A stretch of 32,000 nt of DNA from assembly GCF_003002815.1 (NCBI RefSeq), contig NZ_PVTF01000021.1, forward strand, positions 37,798-69,797, given 5' to 3'. The notes beneath the pieces are model-generated. The model did not search any database. It was not told the origin of the DNA and saw only the letters and a program-made list of their open reading frames with translations. Shown one piece after another: positions 8,414 to 15,578 of this stretch. Each line of letters starts with the position of its first letter. Within the stretch, counting starts at the first letter, position 1. The DNA comes from Umezawaea tangerina (lineage in GTDB: Bacteria; Actinomycetota; Actinomycetes; Mycobacteriales; Pseudonocardiaceae). The position numbers and the translations under genes are program-made.

Positions 8414-9181
8414 TTACACGCGGTCCCAGAAGTCGGCGAGCATGCGGGCGCCACGGGCCGGGTCCTGGAGCATCCACCAGTGCCCGAGTCCTTCCAGCAC
8501 GTGCGTCTCGGCGTCCGCGCGGCTCGCGGCGCGTCGGTGCTGCTCGGCCGACCCGACGTCGCCGTCGGCCGTGGCGATGACGGCCAGCCCCGGTCGCCGG
8601 GCGGCTTCGGGCAGGCGCCTGCCGCGGTCGGCCAAGGCCGGTTGGGCGGCGGAGCGGTAGAGCGCGAGGACGGCGGCGGCCATCTCGGGCCCCTGCGCGG
8701 CCGCCACCTCGTCGGCCGCGGGCGGGAGGATGCCCCACTCCCGCATGCGGGCGGCGCGGTCGGCGGCGGTCCCGCCGAAGAGGTCGGCGACCGACGCCTC
8801 GCCGTCACCGGGTGTCTGCCAGGTCCGTGCGAGGGCGTGCCAGGTGTAGTCGGGTTCGAGCGCCCCGTTGACGTCGCTCACCCAGCTGCGCACGAGGTCG
8901 GGGCGCGTCCACACCGCGCCCATGACGTGGCCGCCGCCGAAGTCGTGGCCCACCAGGTCGACGGGCCCGTCGAACGCGCTCAGCTCGCCGATCAGCCAGT
9001 CGCGGTACTCGTCGGCCGTGGCGCCGAAGCCGTCCGGGACGGGGGCGCCGAACGCGGGCGGGGACAGCCGGACGACGTCGTGGTGGCCGAGGCGGCGCAG
9101 TTCCCCGACCAGGGGTGTCCAGATCGCCGAGGTCTCGGGGACCCCGTGGACCAGGACGCGGGTGCGGTCGTGCTGGGGCAT
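8414..9181 (-). CDS. Alpha/beta-fold hydrolase.
   Basis: 'VLVHGVPETSAIW' and a nucleophile-elbow-like 'LVGHDFGGG'. It sits 39 nt upstream of the reductase gene, so the two likely form an operon. Confidence 0.85.
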   Translation of the reverse strand: MPQHDRTRVLVHGVPETSAIWTPLVGELRRLGHHDVVRLSPPAFGAPVPDGFGATADEYRDWLIGELSAFDGPVDLVGHDFGGGHVMGAVWTRPDLVRSWVSDVNGALEPDYTWHALARTWQTPGDGEASVADLFGGTAADRAARMREWGILPPAADEVAAAQGPEMAAAVLALYRSAAQPALADRGRRLPEAARRPGLAVIATADGDVGSAEQHRRAASRADAETHVLEGLGHWWMLQDPARGARMLADFWDRV

Positions 9182-9235
9182 CGGTTCTCCAGGAGGGGTG
9201 CGGATGCCCTAACTGAAGCATCGGTGTCGCAGTTA

Positions 9236-9288
9236 CGTCAACAGTGACGACGCACCTGTCTCAATTACGCCGTGTAGTGTGACAGGTG
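9236..9288. promoter_or_regulatory. Candidate TetR operator region with two inverted repeats: CGTCA-ACAG-TGACG (9236-9249) and CACCTGTC-N20-GACAGGTG (9253-9288).
   Basis: Read directly in the 121-bp divergent spacer between the hydrolase (start 9181) and tetR (start 9303). Confidence 0.25.
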
Positions 9289-9302
9289 ATGGGAGGTCGC
9301 CG

Positions 9303-9920
9303 ATGGCCGCGACAGAGCGGGGTGGGCTGCGCGCCGACGCGCGGCGGAGCAGTGCCCGGATCCTGGAGGCGGCCCAGCAGGTCCTCGCGGAGGACCCGAC
9401 GGCGTCGCTGGAACGGGTCGCGGAGGCGGCTGGACTGGCGCGGGCGACCGTGCACCGGCGCTTCGCCTCGCGCCAGGCGCTGCTCGACGCGCTGGTGCGG
9501 GATCTGACGGACCGCTACCTCGCGATCATCAAGGAGGTGCGGGTGAAGACCGCGCCGCCGATGGTCGTCCTGCACCGGGCGACCGAGATCTCGCTCAGGC
9601 TGAAGTACGGCCACCCGTTCGTCACCAGCCTGACGCCCACCCACGAGAGCCCCGGCGCGCCCGCGGCGCACCCGGAGATCGTGGAAGGGCTGGAGATCCT
9701 CTTCACCAGGCTGCACGAAGGCGGATACACCACGACCTCCGACCCGGCCTGGGCGAGGGTCGTCTACCTTGCCCTGCTCCAAGAGGTCTACAGCCTCCCG
9801 GCGGACTCGCCCAGCCTCGGCCTCGGGGACGACGCCGACGCCGACGACGAGGTGGAGGCGCGGGTCGGCCTCCTGGTCACGACCCTCCTCGGCGCGCTCG
9901 GCGGGTCGCCACGACGCTGA
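9303..9920 (+). CDS. TetR/AcrR-family transcriptional regulator.
   Basis: 'ARILEAAQQVLAEDPTASLERVAEAAGLARATVHRRFASRQALLDAL' is a typical TetR N-terminal HTH. ATG 9303 is preceded by GGGAGG at a 7-nt spacing. Confidence 0.9.
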   Translation: MAATERGGLRADARRSSARILEAAQQVLAEDPTASLERVAEAAGLARATVHRRFASRQALLDALVRDLTDRYLAIIKEVRVKTAPPMVVLHRATEISLRLKYGHPFVTSLTPTHESPGAPAAHPEIVEGLEILFTRLHEGGYTTTSDPAWARVVYLALLQEVYSLPADSPSLGLGDDADADDEVEARVGLLVTTLLGALGGSPRR

Positions 9921-9927
9921 CCCGCGC

Positions 9928-10437
9928 TCACCAGCCCTCGACGAGCCCCCACCAGAGCGAGTCCTCGCCGACGGTGGGGTCCTTCTCCCGCACGAGCTCG
10001 AAGAACCGGTCCAGCCGGTCGTAGGTCTCGTCGTCGAACGGGGCGGCGCGCAGCGCGGTGTTCACGCCGTACCAGCGCCACGCCGTCTCCACGAGCAGGG
10101 CGCCCGAGCCGTTGACCCAGTACCGGGGCACGGTCGCGGTCTCCAGCGTGGAGAACCCCTCGACCGTGCCCGTGTCGGCGGCGGTGACGAGGTCGGCGTG
10201 CGAGAGCGTGCCGAGCCGGTAGTAGACGCGGTCCTCGTCCTCGATGACCGCGTCGAACGACGGCCGGAGCTCCGACGGGGCGATGACCGGGAGGCCCCAC
10301 CTCCGGTACGCCCGCAGGTCGGCGTCCGGGAGCCGCCACGACGTCACCGACGCCGGTGGCATGGTCTGCACCGACGGCACGACCAGGTCGTCCAGCGGCG
10401 CGGAGAGCGAGTGCTCGTAGAGCTCCAGTGGTTCCAC
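9928..10437 (-). CDS. Putative cognate immunity protein (SUKH superfamily, SUKH-4-like), 169 aa.
   Basis: It starts (GTG 10437, or ATG 10362) 12 nt after the toxin stop on the same strand. It is acidic and Trp-rich. Segments 'WRLPDADLRAYRRWGLP', 'YYRLG' and 'YWVNGSGALLVETAWRW' resemble SUKH-4 immunity proteins. The rest of the 537-aa ORF is antisense junk over the toxin gene. Confidence 0.7.
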   Translation of the reverse strand: MEPLELYEHSLSAPLDDLVVPSVQTMPPASVTSWRLPDADLRAYRRWGLPVIAPSELRPSFDAVIEDEDRVYYRLGTLSHADLVTAADTGTVEGFSTLETATVPRYWVNGSGALLVETAWRWYGVNTALRAAPFDDETYDRLDRFFELVREKDPTVGEDSLWWGLVEGW

Positions 10438-10448
10438 GGCGTCGGATC

Positions 10449-13400
10449 CTACGGGTGCCCCTGGGTCATCCACCTGTTGATCGCCGACCAGTTCTCCCTC
10501 CGGGTGCCGTCGAGGCTCCAGGTGATGGCGGCGTTCTTGTACTGGCCGACGACGCCCGCGCAGTCGTGGTTGGGCATCGAGCACGGCACGCGCTCGGAGT
10601 AGATCCGGGTGACCTGCTCGGGCTTGATGCCGCGGGCCTGCAGCTCGGCCTGCATGATCTGCTCGGAGTGCAGACCACCGGGGTCGTTGGCCTGGACCAG
10701 GTACTGCTTGCCGGTCGGTGTCTCGTACTCGTACACCGCGACGTTCTGGTGCGAGCCGACGCCCTCGTTCAGCCGGTGCTCGTAGGCCATCTTGCTGAGG
10801 TCGGTCTCGCCGAGGCGCACCGGTCCCTGCCTGCCGCACACCGCGAGCCCGTAGGGGTCGACGAACCGCAGCGGGTTGCCCGCGTAGGCGTAGTGGTTGG
10901 GCGACGGTGCCAGCCCCAGCGGGTCCGGGCCGGTGTAGCGGCCCGTCCACGGGTCGTAGTACCGGAAGACGTTGTAGTGCAGGCCGGTCTCGGTGTCGTG
11001 GTACTGGCCGGGGAAGCGCAGCGGGCAGTCCGTGGTGGACCGCGAGCCCAGCAGCGCGCCCCACGCCGAGAACGAGGCCTGCCAGGTGGTCCGGCCGTCG
11101 GCGCCGACCAGCGCGGTGGGCCTGCCGACGTGGTCGGTGACGACGGCGTGGAAGCCGGTGCCGTCGAGCTGGGCGAGCGGGGTGGACGTGCCCGCCTCGT
11201 GCACCCACGTCGTGACCCCGACGCCGGTGGCGTGCTGCTCGGCCAGGTCGAAGCCGTCCCAGGCGAAGTCGACGCGCAGCTGCCCGGAGGTCTTGGCGCA
11301 GCGGCGGCCGAGCGCGTCGTAGAGGTACCGCCAGGTACGACCGTCCGGTGTGGACACCTCGACGAGCTGGTCGTAGGCGTTCCACGAGTAGCGCCAGAGC
11401 AGGACCTGGCCGGAGAGCGTGTGCCTGCGGACCTCGCTCACCCGGCCCTGGCCGTCGTAAGCGCAGGTCGTGCGGCCCGCGGCCCGCAGCAGGCCGCGGT
11501 CGAACTCGCGCTGCCCCTCGGCGTCGCCGCCGGGCAGCCACGCGGCGGCGGTGATGTTGCCCGCCAGGTCGTAGTCGTAGCGCTCGGTGTTGTCCGGCGA
11601 GTGGACCGCGGCGACGCGGCCCATGACGTCCAGGTCGACGCGGGTCGGGCCGTCGCCGACCAGGTAGCCGTCGGGCCGCCAGCGCAGCTGCCTGCGCTGT
11701 CCCGCGAACTCCTGCGCCGCGAGCCTGCCGACGGCGTCCCAGGTCTGGGCCAGGACCAGGTGGGCGTCGAGGTTGTGCGCCACGGTGCGCCCGAGGCGGT
11801 CGCGGTCGAACGTCAGCGCGTGCCCACCCGCCCGCACCGAGGCCAGGCCGCCCGCCGGGTCGTAGCCGTAGTCCACGGCCGCGCCCGACGGCGTCACCCG
11901 GCGCACCCGCCTGCCCGCGGCGTCGTAGCTGTTGACCAGCACCCGGCCGTTGAACGCCTCGGTCAGCACCCGGCCGACCGGGTCGCGGGTCAGGGTGATC
12001 TCACCCGCCTCGTTGACCGCGCGGACCACCTGGCCCTGCGAGTCGTACTCGTAGGTGGTCTCGCCGCCGTCGTCGGCGACCTGCCGCACGCGCCTGCCCG
12101 CGGCGTCGTAGGCGAAGGTGACCGTCTGGCCCGCGCCGTTGGTGCTGGACACGACCCGACCGGCCGCGTCGTGGGCGTAGGTGACGACACGACCGTGGAA
12201 GTCCTGCTCCCGCACCAGGTTCCCGGCCGGGTCGTAGGTGTAGGTCCACGTCCGGCCCTGCGCGTTCGTGACGGCGGTGACGCGCTGCTCGGTGTCGTAG
12301 GCGAACGCCGTCCGCGCGCCGTCGGCGGTGACCCGCGCGGCGGGCAGGTCGAAGTCGCCGATCTCGAACGTCGTGCGCCTGCCGCCCGCGTCGACGTGCT
12401 CGACGAGGTTGCCCTCGCCGTCGTGGCGCCAGGTCTCCCGGCCGCCGTCGGGCCCGAGCCGCCACGCGGGCTGGCCGTCGACGGTCCAGCCGTAGCGGGT
12501 GGTGCCCTCGAGCGGGTCGACGACGGCGACCAGCCGTCCGAAGACGTCGCGCTCGTAGCGGTGCCGGTTGCCGCGCGGGTCGACCATGGTGATCGGCAGG
12601 CCCGCGGCGTTGCAGGTGATGACGCTGGTGGCGCCGGTCGCGTCCGTCCGGCTCGCGAGGTGCCCGTACGCGTCGTAGGTCGTGCGGGTCGTCCCGCCCG
12701 GACCGGTCTCCGCGAGGAGGTTGCCGCGGGCGTCGTAGGTGTACTCCGTGGTCGCGACCCCGTCGGAGACCGAAGTGGACAGTCCGAACCTGTTGTACGC
12801 CAGGCTCCTGGTCGACCCAGTGGGCTCGACGATCTCGACGACGTGCCCGGCCTCGTCGTACCGGTAGCGCGTCGTGTTGCCGACCGCGTCCGTGCGGGCG
12901 AGCAGGCGGTCGTAGCGGTCCCACTCGCTGGTCACGCTGTGCCCCAGCGGATCCACGACCCGCACGATCTGCCGCAGCGCGTTAAGGTGGTAGACCGACT
13001 CGTTGCCGAGCGAGTCCTGCACGGTCGTCGCCGAGTCGTCGTAGCGGAACCGGGCGTTGAGGATGCCGCCGGTGCCCTCGGCCCACGCCACCCGGCCGCG
13101 CGCGTCGAAGTGGTAGCGGTAGCGGGTTCCCCTGCGGTCGGTCCAGCCGACGATCCGCCCGTCGCCGTCGTAGTCGAAGACGTGCGGCAGACCGGAGGCG
13201 TTGGTCACGCGGGTGAGGTCGCCGGAGTCGTCGTAGCCGAACGACATCAGCGGGATGTCGCCGAGCCGGTAGCCGGTGACGCGGCCGCGTGCGGTCTCGA
13301 CGGTGACGCGGTAGCCGCCGGAATGCCTGATCTCCGTGGGCATCCCGTCCGCGTCGGTGACGAAGTCGATGCGGTCGCCGTTGCGGTCGGTGATCGCCCG

Positions 13401-14840
13401 CAGCGGCGCCAGTCCGGCCACGCCGGACGGCGCGAAGTGCAGGACGTGCCCGTTCGGCCGGGTGATCCGGTAGGTGCCGTCGGCGTCCAGCGCCAACGGC
13501 CAGCGCGGCCCCTCCACCGGCAGGACGGACTCGCCGCGCGCCGGCGCGGGGTAGACGAGCATGATCGCGTCCGCGCCCGCGAAGCACACGCCCTGCTCGT
13601 CCACCTCCAGCCGCTGGTCCACGGTGGACGCCCAGGACCGGCCGAAGAGCCTGCCGACCCGGTAGGAGGAGATGTGCGTCCGTTGCAGGACGAGGCCGAG
13701 GTCGGCGGGCAGCGTGACGTCGGTCTGGGTGAGGAACATGTCGCCGGTGACGACGTCGACCGGGTCGCCGCAGCCCGTGCGGTTCTCCGCCTCCTGCACG
13801 GTCGACCGCGGGTCCTCGGTCTGGCTCCGCACGGACGAGTCCTCGGCGGGCGGCTTCCCGTTGCCCGACGGCTCGCCGGGAGTGCCCTCGGCCGTGGAGG
13901 TGTGCGTCTCGCCGCCGGGCGGGGCGTGCTCGCCGCCCGCCGGGTGCGGTTCCGCGCTGGCGACGTGGGTTTCCCCGCCCGCGCTGGACACGTGCGTCTC
14001 ACCGCCACCGCCGCCCGTGTGCGGTTCGGCCGACGACACGTGCGTGCCGCCGCCCTCGCTGGCGTGCAGGCGCGGCTCCTCGACGTGCCCGTGCAGCGCG
14101 GCCATCACCTTCTGCACGCCCTGCCAGATCTCCTCGAGCTTGCTCATGATCGGCCGCAGCTTCTCGACCGAGTTGATCAGCTTCTTGATCGTGGCGCCGA
14201 TCTTCTCGGTCCACGCCGCGACCTGCTCGACGACCTGGGCCACGACGAACGGCGTGCCGAGGCCGAGGGTGAACACCTCCTCCAGCGCGTCCTGGATGAA
14301 GTCGCCGACGGCCTGCGTGACCATGTCCCGCACCAGGGCGCGCACGACACCGGTGATGACGCCGACCACCTTCACGACCGTGCTGATCGCGCTCGCGCAG
14401 GTGGCGATGGTGGAGAGCCCGTCGACCCTGTCCCCGACGTGCTTGCGGTAGGCGTCGGCGGCAGGCCCCGACCAGGTCGCCGTGTCCTTGGTGGCTGCGT
14501 CGGTGAGGCTCTTCCCGGCGTCCTGCACGGCTTTCGCGACGTTGGCCCACGTCTGCGAGTACGCGGCGATCTGGTCGCCGTCGCCCGCGAGCTGGTTGAG
14601 CGCGTCCTGGAGCGGCTTGACGTGCTCGATGAGCCAGTTCAGGCCGTAGGAGATGAGCGTGCCGACCGGGTTCATCGCCATGGTCAGCAGGTCCATGCCC
14701 GCGCCGAGCGCGGAGATGCCGCCCTCGATCCAGCTCCCCGACTCGACCGCGTCGTAGACGCCCGCGGCGTCGTCCACCAGGTTGATCCCGGTGTGCCAGG
14801 TCGTGGAGTCCTGCTTCTGGGCCAGGAGCGGGTTGGTCAC
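10449..14840 (-). CDS. Rhs/YD-repeat polymorphic toxin of 1463 aa. It has a WXG-containing T7SS-type N-terminal domain, a repeat linker, an Rhs shell, an Rhs core and a C-terminal deaminase-like toxin tip.
   Basis: - N-terminal 'GLNWLIEHVKPLQDALNQLAGDGDQIAAYSQTW...ATWSGPAADAYR' contains a WxG motif.
- 'GDPVDVVTGDMFLTQTDVTLP' is an Rhs N-terminal plug-type motif.
- There are dozens of YD repeats (for example 'YDAAGR', 'YTYDARGNL').
- The core reads 'PLRFPGQYHDTETGLHYNVFRYYDPWTGRYTGPDPLGL...NPLRFVDPYGL'.
- The GTG start overlaps the upstream stop (GTGA). Confidence 0.95.
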   Translation of the reverse strand: MTNPLLAQKQDSTTWHTGINLVDDAAGVYDAVESGSWIEGGISALGAGMDLLTMAMNPVGTLISYGLNWLIEHVKPLQDALNQLAGDGDQIAAYSQTWANVAKAVQDAGKSLTDAATKDTATWSGPAADAYRKHVGDRVDGLSTIATCASAISTVVKVVGVITGVVRALVRDMVTQAVGDFIQDALEEVFTLGLGTPFVVAQVVEQVAAWTEKIGATIKKLINSVEKLRPIMSKLEEIWQGVQKVMAALHGHVEEPRLHASEGGGTHVSSAEPHTGGGGGETHVSSAGGETHVASAEPHPAGGEHAPPGGETHTSTAEGTPGEPSGNGKPPAEDSSVRSQTEDPRSTVQEAENRTGCGDPVDVVTGDMFLTQTDVTLPADLGLVLQRTHISSYRVGRLFGRSWASTVDQRLEVDEQGVCFAGADAIMLVYPAPARGESVLPVEGPRWPLALDADGTYRITRPNGHVLHFAPSGVAGLAPLRAITDRNGDRIDFVTDADGMPTEIRHSGGYRVTVETARGRVTGYRLGDIPLMSFGYDDSGDLTRVTNASGLPHVFDYDGDGRIVGWTDRRGTRYRYHFDARGRVAWAEGTGGILNARFRYDDSATTVQDSLGNESVYHLNALRQIVRVVDPLGHSVTSEWDRYDRLLARTDAVGNTTRYRYDEAGHVVEIVEPTGSTRSLAYNRFGLSTSVSDGVATTEYTYDARGNLLAETGPGGTTRTTYDAYGHLASRTDATGATSVITCNAAGLPITMVDPRGNRHRYERDVFGRLVAVVDPLEGTTRYGWTVDGQPAWRLGPDGGRETWRHDGEGNLVEHVDAGGRRTTFEIGDFDLPAARVTADGARTAFAYDTEQRVTAVTNAQGRTWTYTYDPAGNLVREQDFHGRVVTYAHDAAGRVVSSTNGAGQTVTFAYDAAGRRVRQVADDGGETTYEYDSQGQVVRAVNEAGEITLTRDPVGRVLTEAFNGRVLVNSYDAAGRRVRRVTPSGAAVDYGYDPAGGLASVRAGGHALTFDRDRLGRTVAHNLDAHLVLAQTWDAVGRLAAQEFAGQRRQLRWRPDGYLVGDGPTRVDLDVMGRVAAVHSPDNTERYDYDLAGNITAAAWLPGGDAEGQREFDRGLLRAAGRTTCAYDGQGRVSEVRRHTLSGQVLLWRYSWNAYDQLVEVSTPDGRTWRYLYDALGRRCAKTSGQLRVDFAWDGFDLAEQHATGVGVTTWVHEAGTSTPLAQLDGTGFHAVVTDHVGRPTALVGADGRTTWQASFSAWGALLGSRSTTDCPLRFPGQYHDTETGLHYNVFRYYDPWTGRYTGPDPLGLAPSPNHYAYAGNPLRFVDPYGLAVCGRQGPVRLGETDLSKMAYEHRLNEGVGSHQNVAVYEYETPTGKQYLVQANDPGGLHSEQIMQAELQARGIKPEQVTRIYSERVPCSMPNHDCAGVVGQYKNAAITWSLDGTRRENWSAINRWMTQGHP
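10452..10844 (-). other. C-terminal toxin domain (131 aa after DPYGL), predicted to be a nucleic-acid deaminase fold (DddA/SCP1.201-like).
   Basis: 'GGLHSEQIMQAELQARGI' gives H-x-E (His codon 10668-10670, Glu codon 10662-10664). 'IYSERVPCSMPNHDCAGVV' gives P-C-x6-C (Cys codons 10581-10583 and 10560-10562). The implied order is strand, HxE helix, strand, PC..C helix, strand, as expected for a deaminase fold. Confidence 0.6.
13881..14066 (-). repeat. Degenerate in-frame tandem repeats encoding a His/Gly/Ser/Thr/Glu-rich linker (GGTHVSSAEPH / GETHVSSA / GETHVASAEPH / GEHAPP / GETHTSTA).
   Basis: Toxin residues about 259-320. At DNA level, ACGTGCGTCTC(A/G)CCGCC-like units recur at irregular spacing. 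Confidence 0.8.
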
Positions 14841-15154
14841 GACAGCTCCTTCCCGATGGCGGAGAAGCTGTCCGCCAGGGTGCGGTCCACGGTGTCGTAG
14901 TGCTCGGCGGTCGCCTCGACCTCGTTCGCGGTGTCGGTGATCGCCTGCCGCGCGGCCCGCAGCGCGAGCACACCGGGGGCGCTGACCGCCATGACGATGG
15001 GCACGAACAGCGGGCCGCAGATCATCCCGTAGGCCTGCACTCCCACGGTGACCTGCTGGGCGGCCTCCACGGCCTGGCCCAGCGCGTCGGCGACCTGCCG
15101 CACGGACCCGGCGTGGGTGTGCAGCTCGCCCGGCGTGACCTGGTAGCCGCTCAT
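14837..15154 (-). CDS. EspC/WXG100-like small helical T7SS-associated protein (105 aa).
   Basis: 'MSGYQVTPGELHTHAGSVRQVADAL...AYGMICGPLF' resembles the EspC-type 'type VII secretion target' family. C-terminal 'HYDTVD' is a YxxxD motif (14885-14899). ATGA overlap with the upstream gene and GTGA overlap with the toxin. Confidence 0.8.
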   Translation of the reverse strand: MSGYQVTPGELHTHAGSVRQVADALGQAVEAAQQVTVGVQAYGMICGPLFVPIVMAVSAPGVLALRAARQAITDTANEVEATAEHYDTVDRTLADSFSAIGKELS

Positions 15155-15573
15155 CGGTCCATCACCGACCCGAAGTCCTCGTCGTCGTCGGGTTTCGGCG
15201 GTGGCGACGGCCTGTCCCCCGGATCGGGCTCGGGGAACCTCGCGCGGTAGGTCCCGACGATGGTGTCGACGGTCTGCTTGTCGTCGCCGATCGTCTCGGC
15301 CATCACACCCGCGAGCGCCTCCGGCAGCCTGGCCTGCGCCCGGCGCATGGTGAGCAGGACGGCCTTCGCCAGCTCGTCGTGCTCCTTGATCCGGAGGTCC
15401 GTGACGTTGCCGCCGGAGTCGATCGTGACGGTCACCGGGCCTTCGGTCTCGGTGACGGAGACGGCCTGCGCCAGCACGCGCATCTCCTGGTAGCGCTCGG
15501 CTTTCGCCTTGGCCTGCGCGACCCACGCGTCGATCCCCGCGCTCGCGCTTCCGCCAGGTATCGGACCAGTCAT
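15151..15573 (-). CDS. YbaB/EbfC-like small protein (140 aa) with an acidic Pro-rich tail.
   Basis: 'AERYQEMRVLAQAVSVTETEGPVTVTIDSGGNVTDLRIKE...LAKAVLLTMRRAQARL' matches the YbaB/EbfC pattern. ATG 15573 has a strong SD site (GGAGGGG) 7 nt upstream. In-frame upstream ATGs at 15663 and 15681 lack SD sites. Confidence 0.8.
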   Translation of the reverse strand: MTGPIPGGSASAGIDAWVAQAKAKAERYQEMRVLAQAVSVTETEGPVTVTIDSGGNVTDLRIKEHDELAKAVLLTMRRAQARLPEALAGVMAETIGDDKQTVDTIVGTYRARFPEPDPGDRPSPPPKPDDDEDFGSVMDR

Positions 15574-15578
15574 CACGA

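Noticed and set aside
10452-10844. Alternative identities for the toxin tip: HNH or other nuclease, ADP-ribosyltransferase, NADase.
   Set aside because: There is no HNH/His-Me spacing, no R-S-ExE ART triad and no TNT-like motifs. The H-x-E ... PC..C arrangement with the intervening hydrophobic strand fits a deaminase better. This remains a prediction, as noted in the findings.
9928-11541. 537-aa ORF extending the immunity gene far upstream.
   Set aside because: Only the last ~169 codons look protein-like. The rest overlaps the toxin gene in a shadow frame. The GTG at 10437, just after the toxin stop, is the sensible start.
10356-14900. 1514-aa plus-strand ORF antisense to the Rhs toxin gene. 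Similar giant ORFs occur at 2501..4528, 2575..4689, 7355..9247 and 3879..5363.
   Set aside because: Their composition is dominated by Arg, Gly, Ala, Pro, Val and Asp with no motifs. This is typical of stop-free shadow frames in high-GC DNA. The opposite or alternative frame carries unmistakable domain signatures in each case.
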